Below are positions 17,767 to 26,602 of a stretch of DNA of 29,689 nt, piece by piece. Source of the stretch: a virus. Lineage: Duplodnaviria > Caudoviricetes. A program made the position numbers and the translations under genes. The first letter of the stretch is position 1. Each line of letters opens with the position of its first letter. A model generated the notes under the pieces. It was not told the origin of the DNA. It saw only the letters and a program-made list of their open reading frames with translations, and searched no databases. The stretch is taken from the IMG/VR virus record IMGVR_UViG_3300037722_000033, positions 1-29,689 of that record; one strand, written 5' to 3'.

Positions 17767-18014
17767 CCGTCTCCGTTCCGCTCGTGCGGGGCGGCAGCGA
17801 TTTTCGTTGGGGACGCGACCCGAATACCGGCGAGGCGCGCCACACCATGATCCCCGTTTACCAAGAGATGCTCCTGACCATCGTTCACGAGTATCCGTCG
17901 CTTCCGGATCCGCGAACCCTCGCGCTAGCAGAGATCCGCTTCTACTACGACGGGATCCGTGGCGCCCTGAAGGACGCCACGAGACCGCGGCAGATGCCGC
18001 GAGTGAAAAGGTGA
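17760..18014 (+). CDS. Tail assembly chaperone, -1 frameshift extension (T-like)
   Basis: The -1 frame reads SLTVSVPLVRGG...VYQEMLLTIVHEYPSLPDPRTLALAEIRFYYDGIR and ends 4 nt before the TMP start. Confidence 0.8.
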   Translation, partial: SLTVSVPLVRGGSDFRWGRDPNTGEARHTMIPVYQEMLLTIVHEYPSLPDPRTLALAEIRFYYDGIRGALKDATRPRQMPRVKR

Positions 18015-18018
18015 CACC

Positions 18019-20142
18019 TTGGCCCGATTCTCCATCGAAGCGATCTTCAGCGCGCGCGACCGCATGGGTCGTGTTGTCGCAAAGATCGAGAGACGCCTGG
18101 ATAGGCTGGGGCGCCGCGGGAAGCGTGCGCTGCGAAAGATCCATTCCGCGTCGATGTTCGTCGGTGCCGGGCTGAAGTCGATGGCGCTCGTGGCCGCACC
18201 AGTCGCCGCCGGCATTGGGCTGGTGGCGGCGAACATCATCAAAACCGGCGCCAACTTCGAGCAGCAGATGGCGACGGTTGGATCCGTCATGCTGAAAGGG
18301 CGTAACGAGATCAAGGACCTCGAAAAGAGGGCGCTCGACCTTGGTGCGACCACGAAGTTTACGGCCACGGAAGCGGCGCAGGGCATGGAGCTGATGGCGC
18401 GCGCCGGTTTTTCGAACGAGGATATCCTGAGCGGCATCGAGGGCGTTCTGTCGGCGGCCGCAGCGTCCGGGATGGACCTCGCCGAGACCGCGGGCCATGT
18501 CAGCAACGTTCTAAAGGGCATGGGAAAGGACACGTCTGAGGCGACGAACGTGGCGGATGTTCTAGCTGTAGCGTCGTCGAAGACCAACTCGTCGATAGGA
18601 AGCCTTGGCGAGTCCATGAGCAACGTCGGATCCACTGCGCGTCAGCTCAAAATCCCGCTAGAGGAAGTCGTTGCCGGCGTCGCGCTTCTGCAGGACGTTG
18701 GGCTGGATGCATCCGTTGCGGGCTCCGCAATGAACACGATGCTCACCAAGCTCGCGAAACCGACGAGTGCGATGAAGGCGAAGATGAAGGAGATGGGGGT
18801 CGCCTTCCAGGACTCGAAAGGAAACATGCTCCCGCTCTCGGAGGTGATGGACAACCTCGCCAAGGGCGCGGAGAAGAGCGGCGGCAACATGGATCAGGTC
18901 GCCTTCTTCGCGGACCTCGTGGGGCTCCGTGGACAGAAAGCGGCAAGCAACCTCGCGGATCTCTTCAAGAGCGGCAAGTTCAACACACTCGTAGAGGAGC
19001 TGAAGAAGGCCGAGGGAGCCGCGAAGAAGATGGCCGATCTGCGAATGGACTCACTGGAGGGAGACTTCACGTTGCTCGGGTCCGCTGTCGACGGGTTCAA
19101 GACCAAGCTGTTCCAAACACAGAGCGGCCCGCTCCGCGACGTCGTAAAGAGCGTAACCGAGTGGGTCAACGCGAATGCAGGCCTCGTCGTCGACAACATT
19201 GATGACTGGATTGAGGCTGTGAAGCCGCTCGCAACGATCTTCTCCGACGCCTTCGTTAAGCAGATCACCGAGGTCGCCGACGCCTTTGGGTTGTTGGACG
19301 AATCAAAACCGGGCGAAGGATTCAACGCCTGGAACCAGACGTCCATCCTGCTTGCTGAGGGGCTCGGTCAGCTCGCCGCGCTCACGGTCGCGGTGGCGCT
19401 CGCGTTCAGCGCCCTTGCCGGCGGCTCGATCGCCTCGCTCGTTCTCGGATTCCTGCTCGTGAAGGGTGCGCTGGGCGGGTTCATCGACTTCATCGGAAGC
19501 GTCGTGTTTGCGGTGACTGACTTCTTCGCGAACCTGTCCGCCGTCTTCAGCGCAGAAGGGCTCTCGCTTTCCGAGAAGGCGCTGAAGATTGGAAAAATGC
19601 TCGTGGTCGGATTTGCCAAGGGCATCGAAGCCACCGCCATGCTTCCGATCAACGCTGTCAAGGCCATCGGCAAGGGTGCGCTCGACGCAATCAAGACGTC
19701 CACCGACACCCACTCTCCGTCCCGGGCAATGGAGCGGATCGGCGCCGACTTGAGCGCGGGCCTCGAGCTGGGTATGGCCGGAGGTGAGCGCGGAATCGAA
19801 AAGGCGGCCCTTGGGCTGGCGGAAGCGGCAACCATGCAAACGCCCGCGGCACAACTTGGCGCACTGAACGCCGAGCAGCAGCGTCGCTTGGAGCTCCACG
19901 GGATGTTCTCTCCGCGCCGCCGGGGCGACGAAAACGAGAGCGGCGAAACGTCACGGGCGCCCGCATTCACGCCAAGCGTCGGACCGTCCCTTGTGGGCGC
20001 GCAGGTAGCGCGTAGCGTGGAGGAGCGCCTGGAGCGCATCGAGATCGCAATTCACGACGAGTCGGGCAGCGCCGAGATCACGAAAGGCCCGAGCGAGCGC
20101 AGCGGCGTCAAGCTCACGCTCCAGCAGACGGGCGCGTTCTGA
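18019..20142 (+). CDS. Tail tape measure protein (TP901-type core)
   Basis: ANFEQQM, LGATTKFTATEAAQGMELMARAGF, ADVLAVASSKTNSSIGSLGESM and HSPSR motifs; hydrophobic central segment; TTG start. Confidence 0.94.
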   Translation: MARFSIEAIFSARDRMGRVVAKIERRLDRLGRRGKRALRKIHSASMFVGAGLKSMALVAAPVAAGIGLVAANIIKTGANFEQQMATVGSVMLKGRNEIKDLEKRALDLGATTKFTATEAAQGMELMARAGFSNEDILSGIEGVLSAAAASGMDLAETAGHVSNVLKGMGKDTSEATNVADVLAVASSKTNSSIGSLGESMSNVGSTARQLKIPLEEVVAGVALLQDVGLDASVAGSAMNTMLTKLAKPTSAMKAKMKEMGVAFQDSKGNMLPLSEVMDNLAKGAEKSGGNMDQVAFFADLVGLRGQKAASNLADLFKSGKFNTLVEELKKAEGAAKKMADLRMDSLEGDFTLLGSAVDGFKTKLFQTQSGPLRDVVKSVTEWVNANAGLVVDNIDDWIEAVKPLATIFSDAFVKQITEVADAFGLLDESKPGEGFNAWNQTSILLAEGLGQLAALTVAVALAFSALAGGSIASLVLGFLLVKGALGGFIDFIGSVVFAVTDFFANLSAVFSAEGLSLSEKALKIGKMLVVGFAKGIEATAMLPINAVKAIGKGALDAIKTSTDTHSPSRAMERIGADLSAGLELGMAGGERGIEKAALGLAEAATMQTPAAQLGALNAEQQRRLELHGMFSPRRRGDENESGETSRAPAFTPSVGPSLVGAQVARSVEERLERIEIAIHDESGSAEITKGPSERSGVKLTLQQTGAF

Positions 20143-20143
20143 C

Positions 20144-20332
20144 GTGGAAGCACGACTCGAAACGCGCGGCGCCGAACTTGTCGCCGTGGTCCCGATCGAG
20201 GGTGACTGGATCGACGTGATCTTCTACGGCGACCGCGTCTTCGTCTACGACCAGATCGACAGCGGGATCGATCTCATCTTCCGCGAAGGTGTGGCCGCGC
20301 GCGTGGACACCAACGAGAAGACCGAGACGTGA
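20144..20332 (+). CDS. Small hypothetical protein
   Basis: 62 aa filling the gap between TMP and the gp43-like gene, coupled at both ends (TGAC-GTG, GTGA). Confidence 0.55.
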   Translation: MEARLETRGAELVAVVPIEGDWIDVIFYGDRVFVYDQIDSGIDLIFREGVAARVDTNEKTET

Positions 20333-21699
20333 CCTTCGCGATCCCTCCCGGCGCGCGACCGGAGCCGTGGACCGAGCGCCTGCGACAAGCCGCCTACCGC
20401 TCCCCGAGTGGCACGCGGATCATGTTCCTCTACGAGGACGTGTCGCGAGAGACGACGCTACGCGGCACCGTCTTCGAGTTCCCGGGCGTCAGCGATGGCT
20501 ACGTCCAGCAGACCGGCCACGGGCCGCGCCGTTACCCGCTCCGATGCATTTTCTCGGGCGCACAGCACGACCTCGAGGCCACGGCGTTCGAGTTGGCGCT
20601 ACTCGAGAAAGGCATCGGGCGGCTCGAACATCCGCTGTACGGCGTCGTCACGTGCGTCCCGTTCGGCGACATCACGCGCCGCGACGATCTCAAGAGCGAG
20701 GCGAATCAGAGCATTGTCGAGGTGACGTTCTGGACGACCGTCGTGGAGGTCTACCCGAGCGCTCGACCCGCACCGCAGAACGAGATCCTCGCGGCGCTCG
20801 GAAACTTCGACGTGGTGGCGGCCCAGCGCTTCGCCGATGCGACCGACCTCGGCAGCGTGCTGAACAAGGCGAACGAAAAGGCAACGATCCGCGGGTTCCT
20901 GCAGCAGGTTTCTGACGCGCTCACCGGCGTCTCGGACGTGGTGGCGGACATCAACCGCGAGTTTCGTACGGTCCAACGAGACATCAACTTCGGGCTCGAC
21001 GTGCTCGTGGGGCAGCCGCTCGTGCTGGCTCGGCAAGTGCGCGACCTCATCACCCTCCCCGCGCGCGCGTACACGGGCATCCGCTCGCGGCTCGACGGCT
21101 ACGGACGGATGGCGGAGTCGATCTTCGGCTCGGACGCCGGCAACCCAACCACCTCGCTCGCCAGCGGCGCCGCGCTCGCCACGCGCACGGATCGGATCGC
21201 GAACGACTTCCACACGTCCGACTTCTTCGTTCTGACATCGGTCTCGGGATCAATCCTCGCGTGCACCGCTACGCCAATCGACAACGATGGGCTAGTCGCC
21301 GGGCCGATCTTCCGCACGCGCCCCGAGGCGCTCGATGCCGCGGCGACGATTCAGGAGCAATTCGAGGCGGCTGTCGAGTGGCGAGACACAGGACTCGATG
21401 CGCTCGCGACCATCCCCGGCGTCCACCCCTACCAGGTCGACACGGGCGAGGCGTACCAAGCGCTGCACGCGGCGTACGCCACGACGCTCGGCAATCTCGT
21501 GCGGGTGAGCTTTGACCTCGTGCCCGAGCGCGCCGTGGTGCTCGACCGCCCGCGCAGCATCATCGACCTGTGTGCCGAGCTGTACGGCGCGGTGGACACC
21601 CGCCTCGACTTCCTGATCGAAACGAACAACCTCACGGGAGACGAGATCCTCGAACTGCCGCGCGGGCGCAAGATCGTCTACTACGACGCGGCGGCTTGA
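20329..21699 (+). CDS. DNA circularization N-terminal domain protein / tail tube initiator (Mu gp43-like)
   Basis: WTERLRQAAYRSPSG, FEFPG...YVQQTG, GRLEHPLYG; C-terminal LCAELYG...LIETNNL...LELPRGRKI LysM-like end. Confidence 0.85.
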   Translation: MTFAIPPGARPEPWTERLRQAAYRSPSGTRIMFLYEDVSRETTLRGTVFEFPGVSDGYVQQTGHGPRRYPLRCIFSGAQHDLEATAFELALLEKGIGRLEHPLYGVVTCVPFGDITRRDDLKSEANQSIVEVTFWTTVVEVYPSARPAPQNEILAALGNFDVVAAQRFADATDLGSVLNKANEKATIRGFLQQVSDALTGVSDVVADINREFRTVQRDINFGLDVLVGQPLVLARQVRDLITLPARAYTGIRSRLDGYGRMAESIFGSDAGNPTTSLASGAALATRTDRIANDFHTSDFFVLTSVSGSILACTATPIDNDGLVAGPIFRTRPEALDAAATIQEQFEAAVEWRDTGLDALATIPGVHPYQVDTGEAYQALHAAYATTLGNLVRVSFDLVPERAVVLDRPRSIIDLCAELYGAVDTRLDFLIETNNLTGDEILELPRGRKIVYYDAAA

Positions 21700-22740
21700 G
21701 TGGAGAACGTCGAAGTCCTCATCGGCAACGAGACGTTTCGTCTATGGTCCGAGGTCGAGATCGAGCAGTCGATCGACGCCTTCTCGCAGGTGACCCTTCG
21801 CGCGCCGTACGAACCCGATCGCCGCGAGTTCCGCGACACGTTCCGGCCGTTCAGTTTCAAGCCGATGACCGTCGCGGTGAACGGCGGGATCCTTTTCACG
21901 GGCACATTCGTCGGACCGAAGCAGCACGTCGACGCGACGTCACAGACGGTGGAAGTCGTCGGCTACGCGCTGCCTGCCGTGCTGAACGATTGTTCGCAGC
22001 CCGGCGTGACGAAGCCGCGCGAGTTCAAAAAGCTTGGACTGCGCGCCATCATCGAAACGCTCCTGAAGCCGTACGGGCTGACGGTGGAGTTCGCCGCGAA
22101 CGAAGGCGCGAAGTTCGAAAAGGCAGTCAAGATCGAGGTCGACCAGAAGATCCTCGACTTCATTGCCGAGCTTGCCAAGCAACGGAACCTCGTCATCACG
22201 GACACGTGGGACGGCGCGCTCTTGTGCTGGCAATCGGTGAAGCCTGGCAACCCCGTGTTGCGTCTGCAGGACGGGCGACAGCCGATCTCGGAAGTGGAAG
22301 CCGACTTCAATCCGCAAGAGTACTTCTCCGAGATCACGGGCTTCGGCAAATCGAAGCGTGGCAAGAAGGGTGGTCGGTTCACCGAGAAGAATCCGTGGCT
22401 CGACGTTCTCCGCCCGCACGCCTTCAAACTGGACGACACCGAGCCCGCCGACACACCGACCGCGACGCGCGCGAAGCTCGGCCGCATGTTCGCCGGCGCA
22501 GTCAGCTACTCGCTGAACAACCTTCCGACGTGGCGCACGCCCGACGGCGAGCTCTTCCGAGCGAATACGACTATGGTTCTCGAAGCGCCGACAGCGGCGA
22601 TCTACCGCCCGACCGAGCTGCTGATTCGCCGTGTGCGACTCAAGCAGACCGCGACCGAGGAATCGACGTCGCTCGACCTGTGCCTCCCGGGCGCGTTCTC
22701 GGGCGAGGTGCCGGAGGTGCTGCCGTGGGACGAGCCGTGA
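21700..22740 (+). CDS. Baseplate hub protein (Mu gp44/P-like)
   Basis: WSEVEIEQSID, LFTG, LAKQRNLVITDTWDGAL, FSEITG and WRTPDGELFRANT motifs. Confidence 0.85.
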   Translation: MENVEVLIGNETFRLWSEVEIEQSIDAFSQVTLRAPYEPDRREFRDTFRPFSFKPMTVAVNGGILFTGTFVGPKQHVDATSQTVEVVGYALPAVLNDCSQPGVTKPREFKKLGLRAIIETLLKPYGLTVEFAANEGAKFEKAVKIEVDQKILDFIAELAKQRNLVITDTWDGALLCWQSVKPGNPVLRLQDGRQPISEVEADFNPQEYFSEITGFGKSKRGKKGGRFTEKNPWLDVLRPHAFKLDDTEPADTPTATRAKLGRMFAGAVSYSLNNLPTWRTPDGELFRANTTMVLEAPTAAIYRPTELLIRRVRLKQTATEESTSLDLCLPGAFSGEVPEVLPWDEP

Positions 22741-23042
22741 GAATGCATCCAAGCGACCGGGCTATGCGCCAGATGTTCCCGTTCGCGAGTCCTCGCACCG
22801 CGGAAGAAGCGCTCTTCCTAGAGTTCCCGCGCTACTACACGCCCGATGGCGAGCTGTTTAGCGGGCGCTACGCACCCGACGGCTGGCCCATTCCGCATGT
22901 CTCACAGTGGTCGCGGTGGCCGGAGGTGGTGCGCAGCAAGCGGCGTCAGATGATCCGAGATCGGGTCATTGCGAGCGTGGCCGTTGCCCTGATCGCAGTG
23001 CTCATGTTTGCATTCGTATTCTACCCACCGAGCGTGCCATGA
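22737..23042 (+). CDS. Small hypothetical membrane protein (single C-terminal TM helix)
   Basis: Fills the hub-spike gap with GTGA and ATGA overlaps (alternative ATG 22743); hydrophobic VIASVAVALIAVLMFAFVFY follows a basic patch. Confidence 0.55.
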   Translation: MRMHPSDRAMRQMFPFASPRTAEEALFLEFPRYYTPDGELFSGRYAPDGWPIPHVSQWSRWPEVVRSKRRQMIRDRVIASVAVALIAVLMFAFVFYPPSVP

Positions 23043-23620
23043 GCGGCTCCACCGGCGAGGTCCAGGACGTCGACCGTACGACCGAGGACGGCGTACCGAT
23101 CACGGACGTGCGCGTCGACCCGGGCGGCGGCGCGCTGGAAACGGCGCAACACTTCGGCCCACCCGGCGAGGATTCGCCGCCGCTGCCAACCGTGGACTGG
23201 GCGGCATGCACGGACGCGCCGGGAACCGGGCGGTCCAACTCGGTCGGCTACCACGACACGGTCAACGCCGGCGTGGCGATCCCGGGCGAGCGAAAGATAA
23301 ACGCACGCGCGACGGACGGGACCATCGTCGGCTACGTCTACCTGCAGCGCGACGGGACGATCCTGCTCAAGGTGCTCACCGACGCGCCGGTGCAGATCGA
23401 GGCGCAGCGCGTGGAGCTCGTGAGCCCAGACGTGCGACTGAGCGACTCGGCGGGACGCGAGGTGGCTTGCGTGGGTGACTTCGTGGCCGGCTACGTGCGG
23501 GCTCTCTCGGCGGCGCCGGCAAGCCCGATCGTTCCCGTTCCGCCCGCGGTGGCCAGCCCGACCGGCGGCGTTCCGTTCACCGGACAGATCGTGAGCGGAC
23601 GCAGCAAGGTCAAGGCGTGA
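23039..23620 (+). CDS. Baseplate central spike (Mu gp45-like)
   Basis: HFGPPGEDSPPLP and PGERKINAR...YVYLQRDGTI patterns; position after the hub; ATG 23039. Confidence 0.78.
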   Translation: MSGSTGEVQDVDRTTEDGVPITDVRVDPGGGALETAQHFGPPGEDSPPLPTVDWAACTDAPGTGRSNSVGYHDTVNAGVAIPGERKINARATDGTIVGYVYLQRDGTILLKVLTDAPVQIEAQRVELVSPDVRLSDSAGREVACVGDFVAGYVRALSAAPASPIVPVPPAVASPTGGVPFTGQIVSGRSKVKA

Positions 23621-24684
23621 CCATCGCACTGTCCGGTGTGCTGCCGGTCGCAGCGGTGAACACCGGCGTCGCTGCCACCCTGCCGGGACTGAGCGCCGAG
23701 ATCGCGAAGCTCGAGGCGGACATCACCCGGCTCGGAGGCGCCGTCATCGCACAAGCCGACGTCTCGGCAAACTTCCCGCCGAACGCCGCCGCGTTTCTCA
23801 CGACCGCCGGGCTCGACCTGACTGCCGCCGAGATCGCGGCGAAGCTGAACCCGACGAACATCGTTCAGGCGAGCGCGGACGCGAACCTCGACCTTGCCGC
23901 CGAGCTCGGCGTCGTCGAAGGCCAGATCGCGATCGTCTCGGGCATCGAGGCAGCCGTCGCGGTAGGGCTCGACGCGGGCGGAATCGCAGCGTTCTCCTAC
24001 GCCGGCCGCGCCCAGCACTTCGGCACCACGCTCGCCACGTCAACGGCGACAGGCTTCGGGAGCTTCGGTCCCGACGACGAGATCAGCGCGCTCATTATCG
24101 GCTCGGAATCGTTCGAGTCGTGGGGCGCGTTCTCCTCGGGAGTCGACACCGGTACCAGCGCGCTCGCGGAAGCGTCGCCCGGGGACGCAACGCTTCGGTT
24201 CCTCGGGACCGACGACGGCGCGCGCTGGAACTTCGGCACGGGCAACCTCGCCGCACGGTTCGCCACGTTTCGGGCGCTGCTCGAGGGCATCAAGGCGTCG
24301 ATCGAATCGCAGATCCAGGTGAGCCTCGGGCTCAACCTGCCCGATCTGCAGGCGATGCTCGACGCATCGTTCGACATCGATCTCGACTTGGCGCTCGACA
24401 ACCTGGTGAACGCGCAGATCGATCTCGATGTGGAGATCGCCGCGGTGCAGCTCCAGCTCGATCTGGTACTCTCGCTGGTCAGCGACCTGAATCTACAGCT
24501 TGCGGCCGGTGGGCTCGCGCTGTGGACGTACTCGGGCACGGCGGGCGTACTCGGCGCTGAGCTGGTGCCAGAGGTGGCGGGCGGAATTCCGCAAGGCAAC
24601 GGACCCGGCGCGGTGGCGTACGGCCTCGTGCTTGCTGGTCGGCCGCCATCGATGCAGGCGCTCGGCGCAATCTTCGGATCGTGA
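23617..24684 (+). CDS. Hypothetical baseplate-region protein with an internal tandem duplication
   Basis: 355 aa with typical codon usage; the halves share AGGIAAFSYAGRAQHFG / AGGLALWTYSGTAGVLG. Confidence 0.7.
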   Translation: MTIALSGVLPVAAVNTGVAATLPGLSAEIAKLEADITRLGGAVIAQADVSANFPPNAAAFLTTAGLDLTAAEIAAKLNPTNIVQASADANLDLAAELGVVEGQIAIVSGIEAAVAVGLDAGGIAAFSYAGRAQHFGTTLATSTATGFGSFGPDDEISALIIGSESFESWGAFSSGVDTGTSALAEASPGDATLRFLGTDDGARWNFGTGNLAARFATFRALLEGIKASIESQIQVSLGLNLPDLQAMLDASFDIDLDLALDNLVNAQIDLDVEIAAVQLQLDLVLSLVSDLNLQLAAGGLALWTYSGTAGVLGAELVPEVAGGIPQGNGPGAVAYGLVLAGRPPSMQALGAIFGS

Positions 24685-25115
24685 CCATGGCAGACGTCCT
24701 ACTCCAGCAAACCAACGACGACGGCGAGATTACGATCGCAGCCGGCGAGGTCCGTCAAACGGACGGGCTCGAAACCGCGGCGTACCTTTCGCTGTTCGGT
24801 GGCAACGAGGACGACTCCGGGCTCGAAGACGGCGACCGGCTGCAGTGGTGGGCGAACCACGCCGAGTTGGAAACGTCGCGGCGCCAGCGCTCCGAGACGC
24901 AGCACATCATCCGGTCGATGCCACTCGTGCCGGCGAACCTGAAACAGATCGAAGACGCGATCGGGCGCGACCTGGCGTGGATGATCGCGGACGGCTTCGC
25001 GACGAGCGCGTTTGCGGTCGCACGCATCACCGCACCGAAGCGCGTGGAGCTCGAAGTCAGCATTACTGTGAACGGGCAGGAGCATTCGTTCACGTTCACA
25101 GAAGAAGGACAATGA
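24681..25115 (+). CDS. Baseplate protein, Mu gp46-like (sheath initiator)
   Basis: DGLETAAYLSLFGGN, WWAN and DLAWMIADG motifs; start at GTG 24681 or ATG 24687. Confidence 0.85.
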   Translation: MTMADVLLQQTNDDGEITIAAGEVRQTDGLETAAYLSLFGGNEDDSGLEDGDRLQWWANHAELETSRRQRSETQHIIRSMPLVPANLKQIEDAIGRDLAWMIADGFATSAFAVARITAPKRVELEVSITVNGQEHSFTFTEEGQ

Positions 25116-25116
25116 C

Positions 25117-25410
25117 ATGCCCCTCCTCCCTTCCATGAACACGGGCGCCGGTCCCAAGGACACGCACACGGGGCGCGCGATTCGCGTGCTCTCCAGCTTT
25201 GCCGAAGACATAGACCTCGTTGCACTCGCTGGGCTCGAACAAGGCGCGCGCATGTTCAAATTCACAGGCGGGAATCTCACCGTCGTGGACGACACCGGTA
25301 CCGAGGTCACTCTGCCCGAGGCGATCTTTGCAGACGACTGGATCGTCGCGCACATCACCGAGATCAAAGCCTCCGGAACAACCGCTACATCCGGCGCCGT
25401 GATCTACTGA
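25117..25410 (+). CDS. Small beta-rich virion protein, possibly RcGTA Rcc01079-like spike base
   Basis: 97 aa; GGNLTVVDDTGTEVTL...ITEIKASGTTAT ending resembles that family from memory. Confidence 0.45.
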   Translation: MPLLPSMNTGAGPKDTHTGRAIRVLSSFAEDIDLVALAGLEQGARMFKFTGGNLTVVDDTGTEVTLPEAIFADDWIVAHITEIKASGTTATSGAVIY

Positions 25411-25413
25411 TCC

Positions 25414-26595
25414 ATGGCCCTCGCCGTTCCGACGACCCAAGAGGTCAAGGACAACATCGTCTCTCAGGTCGAGAGCGCGATCTCGCAGACCGTGCCGATG
25501 CTGCCCAAGGCATTCGTGCGCGTTCTGGCGGCGGCGCTGGCGGGGGTGACGATTATCCTCTGGCGTTATTCAAGCTTCATCTTCCTGCAGCTCTTCGTGG
25601 CCCACGCGACGATGCGCGAGACCACGATCGGCGGCGTCCGCGTTCGTCCACTCGTGGCGTGGGGGCAGCTCATCGGCGTCGAAGATCCAGAGGCGGCGAC
25701 GCAAGCCGAGCACACGATCGAGATCACGGTGCTGAACGAGACCGGGAACCTCGACGCCGGCGCACAGCTCCTGCATGTGACGACCGGCGTGATCCACGTC
25801 ACCACGGCGACGATCGCACTCGACGCGGCGACGAAGCAGGTCACGGTGCGCGCGGTCTCCGACCAGGAGGGCGGCGACGGATCCGGCTCGATCGGCAATC
25901 TCGCCACTGGCGCGGAGGTGGAATTCGCGAACCCGCAAGCGAACGTCGCGCGGGTAGCCACCGTGGTCGCGCAGACCGTCACCGGCGCGGACGCCGAGAG
26001 CGAGAACAGCTATCGCGCGCGCGTGCGGGACCGGGCGCGCAGCAAGCCGCAGGGCGGCGCGTACGCGGACTATCGCCAGTGGGGCGAAGCAGTGGCGGGC
26101 ATCGTCCACGTCTACCCGTACACGAGCGCCAGCCCCGGCGAGGTGGACGTCTACGTCGAGGCGACCGAGGCAAGCTCGGGCAGTCCAGATGGCATCCCGA
26201 CCGGCGCCCAGCTCACGGCGGTATTCGACGCGATTCAGATGGAGGAATCTGGACTCGCCACGAGGCGACCGGCGAACGCCGCGATCAATGTCTTCCCGAT
26301 CGACCGCATCGCGTTCGACCTGGAGATCTCGGGGCTGACTCCAGACACCACCGAGCTTCGAACCTCGATCGAGGAATCCGTCGACGAGTACCTGCGCACG
26401 CGCGAGCCGTTCATCGTGGGGCTCTCGGTCCTACCGCGCACAGATCGAATCACCGATGCAGAGATGGGTGGCATCGTCACCGGCGTAGTGCATGCGGCGG
26501 GCGCAACGGTGACTCTGGCAGAACTGGTGCCCGGTCCGGCGTACTCGCTTGGATTCGGCGAGAAGGCCAAACTTGGCAACGCCACATACGTGTGA
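25414..26595 (+). CDS. Baseplate J / Mu gp47-like wedge protein
   Basis: GSIGNL, GADAESENSYRARV, PQGGAYADYRQW, GEVDVYV and RRP motifs. Confidence 0.92.
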   Translation: MALAVPTTQEVKDNIVSQVESAISQTVPMLPKAFVRVLAAALAGVTIILWRYSSFIFLQLFVAHATMRETTIGGVRVRPLVAWGQLIGVEDPEAATQAEHTIEITVLNETGNLDAGAQLLHVTTGVIHVTTATIALDAATKQVTVRAVSDQEGGDGSGSIGNLATGAEVEFANPQANVARVATVVAQTVTGADAESENSYRARVRDRARSKPQGGAYADYRQWGEAVAGIVHVYPYTSASPGEVDVYVEATEASSGSPDGIPTGAQLTAVFDAIQMEESGLATRRPANAAINVFPIDRIAFDLEISGLTPDTTELRTSIEESVDEYLRTREPFIVGLSVLPRTDRITDAEMGGIVTGVVHAAGATVTLAELVPGPAYSLGFGEKAKLGNATYV

Positions 26596-26602
26596 GGACT
26601 GA

